The position numbers were made by a program, and so were the translations under genes. Under the pieces are notes generated by a model that saw nothing but the letters and a program-made list of their open reading frames with translations, was not told where the DNA came from and ran no database searches. This document shows, piece by piece, positions 1-7,269 of a DNA stretch of 11,760 nucleotides (position 1 is the stretch's first letter; each line of letters begins with the position of its first letter). This stretch comes from Candidatus Krumholzibacteriales bacterium (GTDB lineage Bacteria; Krumholzibacteriota; Krumholzibacteriia; Krumholzibacteriales; WJIX01). Location of the stretch: contig JAWODM010000028.1 of assembly GCA_046483305.1 (NCBI GenBank), positions 1 to 11,760 of the forward strand, read 5' to 3'.

Positions 1-26
1 GGTAATGTAAAGAATTGTGTGTAAAA
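1..26 (+). repeat. IS terminal inverted repeat (downstream of transposase)
   Basis: GGTAATGTAAAGAATTGTGTGTAAAA; the reverse complement of 1325-1350 is GGTTATGTAAAATAAAGTGTGTAAAA. Confidence 0.88.
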
Positions 27-53
27 AGATGATACATTCTCAGGATTCCTTTC

Positions 54-1259
54 TTAAGCTGCCAGTTTAAAGTAATCGGCTATAGGTTCTATTATCTCTT
101 TTCTGTTGTTATCCCACTTACTGTTGAAGTAATAAAACAGGCTCATAACGATCCTCTTGCAGCTCTTTGTGTTCTGGAAGTATCCCATAACCTTCAGTCT
201 TCTTCGAACCTCCTTGAAACATCTTTCGATGATGTTAGTGGTTCTTATGACCTTGTGGAAAGAGGGATCGAACTCGAAGAAGGCTATCAGGCGGTCAAAA
301 TCCCTCTCCAGACAGGCCACTCCTCTCGGGTTGATATCTTCCCAGCGCTTCTTCCACTCTCTGAACATCCTGGCAGCTTTACGGCTGCTTCCGGCATACA
401 TGATAGCAGCAGCCTCTGAGACGCACTCCTGGGCCCTTGTCCTGGGTCCATACCTGGCCACATTACGCAGCTTATGTACCCAGCAGAGCTGATGCTTTAC
501 CAGAGGATAGACCTGATCTATCGCCGCCCACAGACCCGCTGCTCCATCCATAATAACCAACTCCAGGTTATGCCCCTTCAGACCTCTGACCTTCAGGTTC
601 TCCAGAAAGGACTGCCAGGTGCCTGTCCCTTCCGATTTTGCCAGCCTGAAGCTCAACAGACGCCTGCTTCCGTCCTTTCTCACGCCATAGGCAACCAGTA
701 TCATCTTCTTCTTCGCCTTAAGCTCATACCTTATCTTCACACTCAAGGCATCCAGAAACAGAAAAGCGTAATCATCATCTACAGGCTCGTTCATGAATAG
801 ACGAACCTCACTGTCGAGCTGCTTCGTTACCTGGGAGACATATCCGGCGCTTACTCCAAAGCCGCACAGTACATCCAGTATATCTCTTACCTTCCTGGTC
901 GACACCCCCTTCAGAAACATCTCCTTGATCCCCCTGTCTACCACGTCATGAACACGCTTATACCTCTCAAAGATACCAGGACAGTAACCACCGTCTCTGG
1001 ATCTGGGAACTTCCAGCTCGATCTCTCCGACGTTCGTAAGAAGTGATCTGCTCCGGTAACCGTTCCGATAGCTCTTCCGGCTTCTGCTTCTCTCATATGG
1101 AACAGCCTTCAGATACATCTTCATCTCATCTTCCATGATCTTCTCAAACGCCTGCTTAATCATATACCTGCAGCCGTTGTTAAACTCATCCCTAAACATC
1201 CTCTTGACTTCTTTAAGATCTACTGATAGGTTGTGAGTAGAGAAGTTAAGTTCTCGCAT
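54..1259 (-). CDS. IS256-family DDE transposase (401 aa from MRELNF)
   Basis: Motifs YRNGYRSR, VPRSR, KGVSTRKV, LFLDAL (D), VIMDG (D), QLCWVHKLRN, TTNIIER (E). ATG at 1259 is preceded by an AAGGAG SD (1268-1273). The ORF-track start at 1304 is one arm of a hairpin. Confidence 0.95.
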   Translation of the reverse strand: MRELNFSTHNLSVDLKEVKRMFRDEFNNGCRYMIKQAFEKIMEDEMKMYLKAVPYERSRSRKSYRNGYRSRSLLTNVGEIELEVPRSRDGGYCPGIFERYKRVHDVVDRGIKEMFLKGVSTRKVRDILDVLCGFGVSAGYVSQVTKQLDSEVRLFMNEPVDDDYAFLFLDALSVKIRYELKAKKKMILVAYGVRKDGSRRLLSFRLAKSEGTGTWQSFLENLKVRGLKGHNLELVIMDGAAGLWAAIDQVYPLVKHQLCWVHKLRNVARYGPRTRAQECVSEAAAIMYAGSSRKAARMFREWKKRWEDINPRGVACLERDFDRLIAFFEFDPSFHKVIRTTNIIERCFKEVRRRLKVMGYFQNTKSCKRIVMSLFYYFNSKWDNNRKEIIEPIADYFKLAA

Positions 1260-1304
1260 GGTGTATTCTCCTTTCTTTTTAGTGTTGATCTGAGAATACA
1301 CCAT
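1258..1304 (-). promoter_or_regulatory. 13-bp perfect inverted repeat sequestering the transposase SD/start codon
   Basis: ATGGTGTATTCTC (1258-1270) and GAGAATACACCAT (1292-1304) are exact reverse complements with a 21-nt loop. The stem covers GAG of the SD and AT of the ATG. Confidence 0.7.
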
Positions 1305-1324
1305 CTTTTTTTACTCTCAACCAA

Positions 1325-1350
1325 TTTTACACACTTTATTTTACATAACC
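1325..1350 (-). repeat. IS terminal inverted repeat (upstream of transposase)
   Basis: 21/26 match to the reverse complement of 1-26. Confidence 0.88.
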
Positions 1351-1374
1351 CGTTATGACAACTGTAATTTTTTA

Positions 1375-1402
1375 TTGACAGCAAACGGGGGATAAATATA
1401 AT
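1375..1402 (+). promoter_or_regulatory. Consensus sigma70-type promoter
   Basis: TTGACA (1375-1380), 16-nt spacer, TATAAT (1397-1402), with an AT-rich upstream tract. Confidence 0.75.
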
Positions 1403-1475
1403 CTAATCCAATTATTATTAAACGCTACTTTCGAGCGGGTAAAACGACAACCTATCTTGCAGAAGGAAGACACTA

Positions 1476-1810
1476 TTGAAAAGGAAATTACTGCTCTTCG
1501 CCGCTCTGATACTCTTTCTCATGCCGGAACCGGTCCTGCCGGCAACCTCAAGGACGACGTATTTGACCTGTCGGTAAGCGGTTACGGACGCCTTGGGTCA
1601 ACACCGGCCGGAGGTCTCCGAAAGTTCGGGCTGAATATCGCCCCGGGAAGCTATACCGCCACCGTAACGGTGGTCTCGGCACCTGACAACGTGGGGACCT
1701 TTACCCTGCTGATACTGGAAAACGGAACCACGGTGGGCTCGCTGGCCTGCTCTGACAGCTGTCCGGAGGGTTCCAGCAGTTCGGTAACATTCACCGTGAC
1801 CGGGGAATAA
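1476..1810 (+). pseudogene. Frameshifted gene for a small secreted beta-rich hypothetical protein
   Basis: TTG at 1476 after AAGGAAG encodes a signal-peptide-like MKRKLLLFAALILFLMPEPVL but stops at 1577. The protein-like C-terminal part (GNLKDDVFDLSVSG...SVTFTVTGE) is in the -1 frame and ends at 1810. One extra G at ~1538 would join them into a 111-aa ORF. Confidence 0.65.
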
Positions 1811-1875
1811 GCCGGCTGCCGCCATCAATGTTGCCGGATCGAAGATAGCGGATTTGCCGAATTAAGATATCCTGA

Positions 1876-2847
1876 TCAGTCTTCCCAGAGATCGTAGAGC
1901 TGATCCCTCACCGGCTCCCTGTAGATATCATCTCCGATTTTAAGAAGCGGTATCTGGCCTTCTTCCGCGCTGCCGATAACACTGGCAGGTATACCGCTGT
2001 CCTCCAGCTCCCTGATCGCCCTGGATGTAGATTCCGGAGGGACCGCCGCCAGGAGGGCGCCAGAGCCGAATATCTTCATCGGGTCCACGCCCATCGCCGA
2101 ACATAGAACTTCGGTGTCCGGCGAAACCAATACCTTCTCCTTATCGACGCTCAGCTGTACCCCTGAAGCTGCAGCCATCTCCATCAACCCGTCTATGATC
2201 CCTCCCTCTGTGGGATCGTGCATGGACCCGGCGTATTTTCGCAGAATCAGCGACTCCGGCATCACGCTCAGCATCTCCATTTTTGCCGCCCCCCTCTCTA
2301 TCATCTCCGGCTCGACCCTTCCTTCCAGCTGAGCGCGGAAATCGGTAGCTATGATCCCGGTCCCCTCTACCCCGGCCCCCTTGGTCAGTATGATATCGTC
2401 TCCGGGGTTCGCCCCGCCGGTGGGGATATATTTATTGGTTGTTCCGAAGCAGGTCAGTCCCAGGAAGGGGCGTTTCAGTATCGGAACATACTCCGAATGC
2501 CCTCCCACTATCGATATACCGAGTTTCCTGGCCGCGCTGTCTACCTGGGCGGTTATCCTGTCCAGAGCGCTTCTGTCCTCGGCGGGAAGAAGATAAGTTA
2601 CTGTAAGCCACTGCGGGTCCGCTCCCGAGGCTGCCACATCATTGCTGGCTATATTTATTCCCAGGGTCCCTATCCTGTCGGCGGCGAATATAATCGGATC
2701 GGTATTCACCACCAGGACCTGATCCCCGATACTTATGGCGGCGGTATCCTCGCCGTAGGCGGGGCCCATCAGTACGCTTTCGCTCTTCCTGCCCGTTCTG
2801 GTAAATACATACTTTTCGAGGTCACCGGGGCTGACTTTGCCAATCAT
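1876..2847 (-). CDS. AIR synthase-related protein (PurM/HypE/ThiL/SelD superfamily), function unknown
   Basis: Motifs GEDTA, NTDPI, NDVAASGADP, IVGGHSE, PGDDIILTK, MHDPTEGG, GSGALL. GGAGG SD at 2853-2857. Confidence 0.88.
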   Translation of the reverse strand: MIGKVSPGDLEKYVFTRTGRKSESVLMGPAYGEDTAAISIGDQVLVVNTDPIIFAADRIGTLGINIASNDVAASGADPQWLTVTYLLPAEDRSALDRITAQVDSAARKLGISIVGGHSEYVPILKRPFLGLTCFGTTNKYIPTGGANPGDDIILTKGAGVEGTGIIATDFRAQLEGRVEPEMIERGAAKMEMLSVMPESLILRKYAGSMHDPTEGGIIDGLMEMAAASGVQLSVDKEKVLVSPDTEVLCSAMGVDPMKIFGSGALLAAVPPESTSRAIRELEDSGIPASVIGSAEEGQIPLLKIGDDIYREPVRDQLYDLWED

Positions 2848-2957
2848 CTATTCCTCCCTGGCATCTCCCATGAGCAACCGCTCATCCATATTACGCTGTT
2901 TTCTGTCATTCTGAGACAACATATAATGCTATAACATAAAAGCCTCTTTATAAAGCT

Positions 2958-2990
2958 AAAAAAGCCCAATCCCATTACCGCGCATTGGGC
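2958..2990 (-). terminator. Intrinsic-terminator-like hairpin in the divergent intergenic region
   Basis: Stem GCCCAAT (2964-2970) / ATTGGGC (2984-2990), 13-nt loop, followed on the minus strand by U6 (A 2958-2963). Confidence 0.4.
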
Positions 2991-2994
2991 GGGC

Positions 2995-3022
2995 TTGAAC
3001 TATTCTCTTAACATGGTACAAT
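2995..3022 (+). promoter_or_regulatory. Putative tkt-pgl promoter with extended -10
   Basis: TTGAAC (2995-3000), 16 nt, TACAAT (3017-3022) preceded by TG at 3014-3015. Confidence 0.55.
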
Positions 3023-3071
3023 CGGAAACATATATAAGCATTGGAGTCAGATCTGAAGGGGCAGGTAAAAA

Positions 3072-4871
3072 ATGGAAAAAATCAGACAGCTTGAAATGAT
3101 GGCGGACAAGTTGAGGGTTCATTCTCTGAGGTCGACCACCGCCGCCGGTTCGGGGCATCCCACCTCCTGCCTCTCCTGCGCGGAATTAGTCAGCTGCCTG
3201 TTCTTCTCGGTAATGGAAGAAGAGGATGAATTTATCCTGTCCAAGGGGCATGCGGCCCCCATCCTGTGGGCGGCTTACGCCGAGGCGGGCCTGATAGACC
3301 CTGATCAGCTGATGAATCTCCGGAAAGTGGACAGCGACCTGGAGGGCCACCCCAGCTTCAGGATGCCGATGGTCAGAACCGCCACCGGATCGCTGGGCCA
3401 GGGCCTGGCCACCGGGACAGGAATGGCGATGGCGATGAAGCTGTCAGGTAACGGAGGCAGGACATTTGTCCTGCTGGGCGACAGCGAGTGCGCCGAGGGA
3501 AGCGTCTGGGAAGCCGCCAATGCCGCCTCCTACCACCGGCTCGACAACCTGGTTGCCATGGTGGATGTAAACCGGCTGGGACAGACCGGGCAGACCATGT
3601 TCGGACATGACCTGGAGAGTTACCGTAAGAGGTTCGAAGCGTTCGGGTGGGACAGCGGGGTGATAGACGGCCATAGCATATCTGATATACTGAAAATTCT
3701 GTCAAAGGCCGATCAGAGCGAAGCCCCTTTTGCAGTAATCGCTAAAACCTTCAAGGGACACGGGGTCAGCTTTCTGGAGGACAAAGAGGGCTGGCACGGG
3801 AAGCCGGTCCCGGAGGATAAACTGGACGAGGCCCTGGCCGAAATCGGAAGCCCGGATATCAAACTGGAATCAGAGATAACGCATAAACAGTACAGTTACG
3901 AATATGTAGATTTTGAAGTAACCAGCTATGCCATGGGCGAGCAGGTTGCCACCCGGGATGCCTTCGGGAAGGCGCTGGTAAAGCTGGGTGAAGCCAACGG
4001 CAAGGTGGTAGCACTGGACGGCGAGGTCGGAAACTCCACCAGAACCGGGTGGTTCTTCGAGAAATTCCCCGAGAGGTCATTCCAGCTCTTCATAGCCGAG
4101 CAGGCGATGGCCGGGGCGGCCGGCGGGCTTTCAGCGCTGGGATATATCCCCTTTGCCGCGACCTTCTCGGCATTCTGGACCAGAGCCCATGATTTCATAA
4201 GAATGGCCGCCTATTCGAAAGCCAACATTAAATTCGCCGGCAGTCATGCCGGAGTAAGTATCGGTCAGGACGGCCCCTCCCAGATGGGCCTGGAGGACAT
4301 TCCGATGTTCTCCTGCATACCGGGAGCGATGGTTCTGTACCCCTGCGATGCGGTATCCACCGGGAAGCTGGTAAGGGAGATGGCGAAGCATCAGGGGATA
4401 AGCTATATAAGAACAACCAGGGGCAAAACCCCGGTCATATATGACAACAGCGAACCCTTTCCGGCGGGGAAGTTCAAGGTCCTGGAAGAAAGCGACCGGG
4501 ACCAGGCCCTGGTGGTAGCGGCAGGGATAACAGTACATGAGGCTCTGGAAGCGCACCGCCGCTTGAAGGAAAACGGAATAAACATAAGAGTCATAGATCT
4601 TTACAGCATCAAGCCCCTGGATGAGAAAGGGTTGATCGAGAACGCCGCGGAGTGTGAAAACAGAGTCATCGTAGTGGAGGATCATTACTCCGGAGGTATC
4701 GGCGCCGGGGTGGCCGAAGCGGTGGGGAAGATCGATCATCTCTATGTGAGGGAGCTTCCCAGGAGCGGTTCGCCGGAAGAGCTGCTCAGGAAATACTGGA
4801 TAGACAGCTCTGCCATCATAAGGGTGTTCAGGGGAGAAGACAAAAGGCCCGCACCGGGCGAGCTGATCTGA
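3072..4871 (+). CDS. tkt: Transketolase (single-chain, ~600-aa type)
   Basis: SGHPTSCLS, LSKGHAAP, LEGHP, TGSLGQG, TPP-binding GDSE...EG..WEA...N, IAEQ, SHAGVSIGQDGPSQM, VEDHY. Confidence 0.95.
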   Translation: MEKIRQLEMMADKLRVHSLRSTTAAGSGHPTSCLSCAELVSCLFFSVMEEEDEFILSKGHAAPILWAAYAEAGLIDPDQLMNLRKVDSDLEGHPSFRMPMVRTATGSLGQGLATGTGMAMAMKLSGNGGRTFVLLGDSECAEGSVWEAANAASYHRLDNLVAMVDVNRLGQTGQTMFGHDLESYRKRFEAFGWDSGVIDGHSISDILKILSKADQSEAPFAVIAKTFKGHGVSFLEDKEGWHGKPVPEDKLDEALAEIGSPDIKLESEITHKQYSYEYVDFEVTSYAMGEQVATRDAFGKALVKLGEANGKVVALDGEVGNSTRTGWFFEKFPERSFQLFIAEQAMAGAAGGLSALGYIPFAATFSAFWTRAHDFIRMAAYSKANIKFAGSHAGVSIGQDGPSQMGLEDIPMFSCIPGAMVLYPCDAVSTGKLVREMAKHQGISYIRTTRGKTPVIYDNSEPFPAGKFKVLEESDRDQALVVAAGITVHEALEAHRRLKENGINIRVIDLYSIKPLDEKGLIENAAECENRVIVVEDHYSGGIGAGVAEAVGKIDHLYVRELPRSGSPEELLRKYWIDSSAIIRVFRGEDKRPAPGELI

Positions 4872-4896
4872 AACCGGCCGGCGGCAGCAGGAAACA

Positions 4897-5583
4897 ATGA
4901 TCGAGAAAATCAGCATTAAAGACAGGAAGGCGCTTTTTATAAAAGCGGCAGATATTATCAGCTCTCTGATCGGTGAGCTTTCGACCAGAAGCGAACCGGT
5001 CCTGGTTGCTGCTGCCGGCGGAAGAAGTGTTGCCGGTGTTTTCGCCGCTCTCCGGGAAAAGCCGGTTGACTGGAGCAAAGTGCATTTTTTCATGGCCGAT
5101 GAGCGGGTGGTTCCCGCAGGGGATAAGAATAGTAACTTCCGGATCCTGAAGAGAGAGCTGATCGACAAAATCAGCATACCCATGGTTAACGTGCATCCAT
5201 TTCTGATTAACAGTAACCGGCGGGGATTCGGGGCCAGAAGGTATGAAGAAGAGTTCAGGGCTCTTGGCGAAAGGTTCGACCTGGTGCTTCTCAGCTCCGG
5301 GGAGGACGGGCATGTGGCCTCACTATTCCCCTTCCATCATTCCGTAAGAGACAACTCCGAATTCTTCATCGTAATGGATGATTCCCCCAAACCTCCCCGC
5401 AGGCGAATCAGCATCTCCAGGAAGCTGCTGCTTCGTTCCCGCTCGGCGATAATAATGTTCGTCGGCGAGGAGAAACGTGATGCACTGGACAGGTTCGGAA
5501 AACCGGATACCTCTTTCGAAGAGCTTCCGGCCGTTATTGTAAAGTCTATGGCCGATTCCTGCCTCCTTACCGATATCATATAG
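4897..5583 (+). CDS. pgl: 6-phosphogluconolactonase
   Basis: GGRS, WSKVHFFMADER, SNF, GEDGHVASLFP, SPKPP..RIS; located in a PPP cluster. Confidence 0.9.
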   Translation: MIEKISIKDRKALFIKAADIISSLIGELSTRSEPVLVAAAGGRSVAGVFAALREKPVDWSKVHFFMADERVVPAGDKNSNFRILKRELIDKISIPMVNVHPFLINSNRRGFGARRYEEEFRALGERFDLVLLSSGEDGHVASLFPFHHSVRDNSEFFIVMDDSPKPPRRRISISRKLLLRSRSAIIMFVGEEKRDALDRFGKPDTSFEELPAVIVKSMADSCLLTDII

Positions 5584-5585
5584 AA

Positions 5586-5596
5586 CCGGAAGTTTT
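5586..5596 (+). repeat. 11-bp direct repeat CCGGAAGTTTT, left copy flanking trpR-trpB
   Basis: Starts 2 nt after the pgl stop codon; an identical copy is at 7255-7265. Confidence 0.6.
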
Positions 5597-5617
5597 CTCT
5601 TCTCAGGAAATATTTTC

Positions 5618-5647
5618 TTTACACCGGCTCGCTGAATAACGTATAAT
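5618..5647 (+). promoter_or_regulatory. Putative trpR-trpB promoter
   Basis: TTTACA (5618-5623), 18 nt, TATAAT (5642-5647). Confidence 0.65.
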
Positions 5648-5666
5648 GTTTCTATGTATAGAAACA
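5647..5666. promoter_or_regulatory. Palindromic operator candidate (probable TrpR site)
   Basis: TGTTTCTAT-GT-ATAGAAACA: perfect 9-bp arms overlapping the end of the -10 and the expected +1, directly upstream of trpR. Confidence 0.6.
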
Positions 5667-5684
5667 CGAACAGGAGTTTCAGAA

Positions 5685-5963
5685 ATGAATTATTCTACAA
5701 GAGACCTGGCGGAAGCGTTCTGCCGGATAGATAAACCGCCGGCCATGAGCAAATTCTTCACCGAGATATTTACTCCGGCCGAGATAGATGATTTTGTCCT
5801 TCGATGGCGACTGATGGAGATGCTCCTGGAAGGCGTTCCCCAGAGAGAGATAGCTTCAGAACTGGGGATATCCCTGTGCAAGATCACCAGGGGATCCAGG
5901 CTTCTAAAGAAGAAGAACACGGTAACAGAAAAAATCCTCAAGGACAAGATTGGAGATACATGA
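5685..5963 (+). CDS. trpR: Trp repressor (TrpR) family regulator, 92 aa
   Basis: FTPAE...RW...[24 protein letters not shown] matches the TrpR HTH pattern (E. coli [21 protein letters not shown]). AGGAG SD at 5672-5676; stop overlaps the trpB start. Confidence 0.85.
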   Translation: MNYSTRDLAEAFCRIDKPPAMSKFFTEIFTPAEIDDFVLRWRLMEMLLEGVPQREIASELGISLCKITRGSRLLKKKNTVTEKILKDKIGDT

Positions 5964-7186
5964 TGGAAACAAGCAGAATATTAAGACCCTCTCCCGACTT
6001 CAACGGGTACTTCGGAGAGTACGGCGGAGTATTCGTTCCCGATCAGCTCAAGGAAATCCTGTCAGAGATAAATAATTCATACCTCACCATGCGGAAAGAT
6101 CCCGGGTTCAGGAATGAGCTGGCCTTGTTATACCGGGATTACGTGGGCCGGCCCAGCCCGGTCTATTTCGCTTCGAACCTTACCGCATACGCTGGCGGCG
6201 CCCGGATCTATTTTAAGCGAGAAGACCTCAACCACACCGGCGCGCACAAGATCAACCACTGCCTGGGAGAGGCATTGCTGGCGAAGAGGATGGGCAAGAA
6301 GAAACTGATCGCCGAGACCGGGGCGGGACAGCACGGGGTGGCTCTTGCGACCGCCGCCGCCCTTACCGGCCTGGAATGCGATATCTATATGGGAACAGTG
6401 GATATTGCCAAGGAGCATCCCAACGTTACAAGGATGAAGATACTTGGCGCGTCGGTAGTGCCGGTGGATAACGGCCCGGGCACTCTCAAAGAGGCCGTGG
6501 ACGCCGCTTTCATGGCGTACCTGCGGGACCCGCAGTCGCAGTTCTACGCGATCGGCTCGGTGGTAGGCCCGCACCCCTTTCCCATGATGGTCAGGGATTT
6601 CCAGCAGGTGGTGGGCGAAGAGGCCATAGGCCAGTTCAGAGAACAGACCGGGACGATTCCCGATAACCTGGTCGCCTGCGTGGGAGGCGGTTCCAACGCG
6701 ATAGGGCTGTTTACCGCCTTCCTGGATGAACCCGGCGTGGAAATCTACGGGGTGGAACCGGCCGGGCGGGGTTTCAAGGACGGAGACCACGCCGCCACCC
6801 TCACCCTTGGAAAGCCGGGAATCATACACGGCTTCAGATGCTACCTGCTCCAGAACAGCGACGGAGATCCACTCCCGGTCCATTCGGTCGCGTCGGGCCT
6901 GGACTACCCCGGAGTGGGGCCGCAGCACAGCTACCTCAAGGACATCGGCAGAGTCCGGTATGAAACGGTTAACGATACAGAAGCGGTGGAAGCTTTCTTC
7001 CTGCTCTCCCGCCTGGAGGGGATAATACCCGCCCTGGAAAGCGCTCACGCGGTTTCATTCGCCGCTACACTGGCAAAGGACCTTCCGGCAGAGAGGACCG
7101 TTCTGGTAAACCTGTCCGGAAGAGGAGACAAGGATATCGACTATGTGGTAGAGAACTACGGAGAAGAATTCGGAATTCCCAATTAA
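5963..7186 (+). CDS. trpB: Tryptophan synthase beta chain (TrpB1-like, stand-alone; alternative start 5960)
   Basis: [20 protein letters not shown] (PLP lysine), [51 protein letters not shown] at 5952-5955; ATGATG overlaps the trpR TGA. Confidence 0.95.
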   Translation: METSRILRPSPDFNGYFGEYGGVFVPDQLKEILSEINNSYLTMRKDPGFRNELALLYRDYVGRPSPVYFASNLTAYAGGARIYFKREDLNHTGAHKINHCLGEALLAKRMGKKKLIAETGAGQHGVALATAAALTGLECDIYMGTVDIAKEHPNVTRMKILGASVVPVDNGPGTLKEAVDAAFMAYLRDPQSQFYAIGSVVGPHPFPMMVRDFQQVVGEEAIGQFREQTGTIPDNLVACVGGGSNAIGLFTAFLDEPGVEIYGVEPAGRGFKDGDHAATLTLGKPGIIHGFRCYLLQNSDGDPLPVHSVASGLDYPGVGPQHSYLKDIGRVRYETVNDTEAVEAFFLLSRLEGIIPALESAHAVSFAATLAKDLPAERTVLVNLSGRGDKDIDYVVENYGEEFGIPN

Positions 7187-7202
7187 AATGTTCCCCTCCG
7201 CC

Positions 7203-7244
7203 AGGAGGCGGGACGGCTGGCCTCTGAATGCCACCCCGCCTCCT
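7203..7244. other. GC-rich stem-loop after trpB (no U-tract)
   Basis: AGGAGGCGGG (7203-7212) pairs with CCCGCCTCCT (7235-7244). Confidence 0.5.
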
Positions 7245-7254
7245 TCATCCCCAT

Positions 7255-7265
7255 CCGGAAGTTTT
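7255..7265 (+). repeat. 11-bp direct repeat CCGGAAGTTTT, right copy
   Basis: Identical to 5586-5596; lies between the post-trpB hairpin and the rpiB promoter. Confidence 0.6.
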
Positions 7266-7269
7266 GACC

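Larger units (their letters stand above)
1..1350 (-). mobile_element. IS256-family insertion sequence, apparently full length (may extend by 1 bp at each end)
   Basis: A single Mutator/IS256-type transposase ORF bounded by 26-bp imperfect terminal inverted repeats (1-26 vs 1325-1350, 21/26 identical). A target duplication cannot be checked because the left flank lies outside the window. Confidence 0.92.

Noticed and set aside
1340..1368. IS-derived hybrid promoter TTTACA-17-TGTAAT
   Set aside because: The -10 lacks the critical second-position A, and a perfect native promoter lies just downstream.
2844..2909. 21-aa minus-strand uORF (MTENSVIWMSGCSWEMPGRNR) with two Trp codons overlapping the AIR-synthase-like start
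   Set aside because: No SD, Trp codons are not tandem, and no attenuator follows; likely chance.
2848..3071. TPP or other riboswitch upstream of tkt or the AIR-synthase-like gene (CTGAGA at 2911-2916)
   Set aside because: The remaining TPP aptamer core (CCUGAU...UAAU...GCGnAGG) is absent.
4131..5183. 350-aa minus-strand ORF
   Set aside because: Antisense shadow of tkt/pgl with no recognisable motifs.
5584..5684. Trp leader peptide or T-box attenuator before trpR-trpB
   Set aside because: No Trp-codon leader, T-box motif or terminator; the predicted leader is only ~30 nt.
5804..5959. N-terminal extension of TrpB in the ORF track
   Set aside because: It overlaps trpR in another frame; the SD and the start of TrpB homology point to 5960/5963.
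6128..7048. 306-aa minus-strand ORF (also 2218-2934 +, 7755-8444 - and other short overlapping ORFs)
   Set aside because: These overlap well-supported genes, as expected for shadow ORFs in GC-rich coding DNA.
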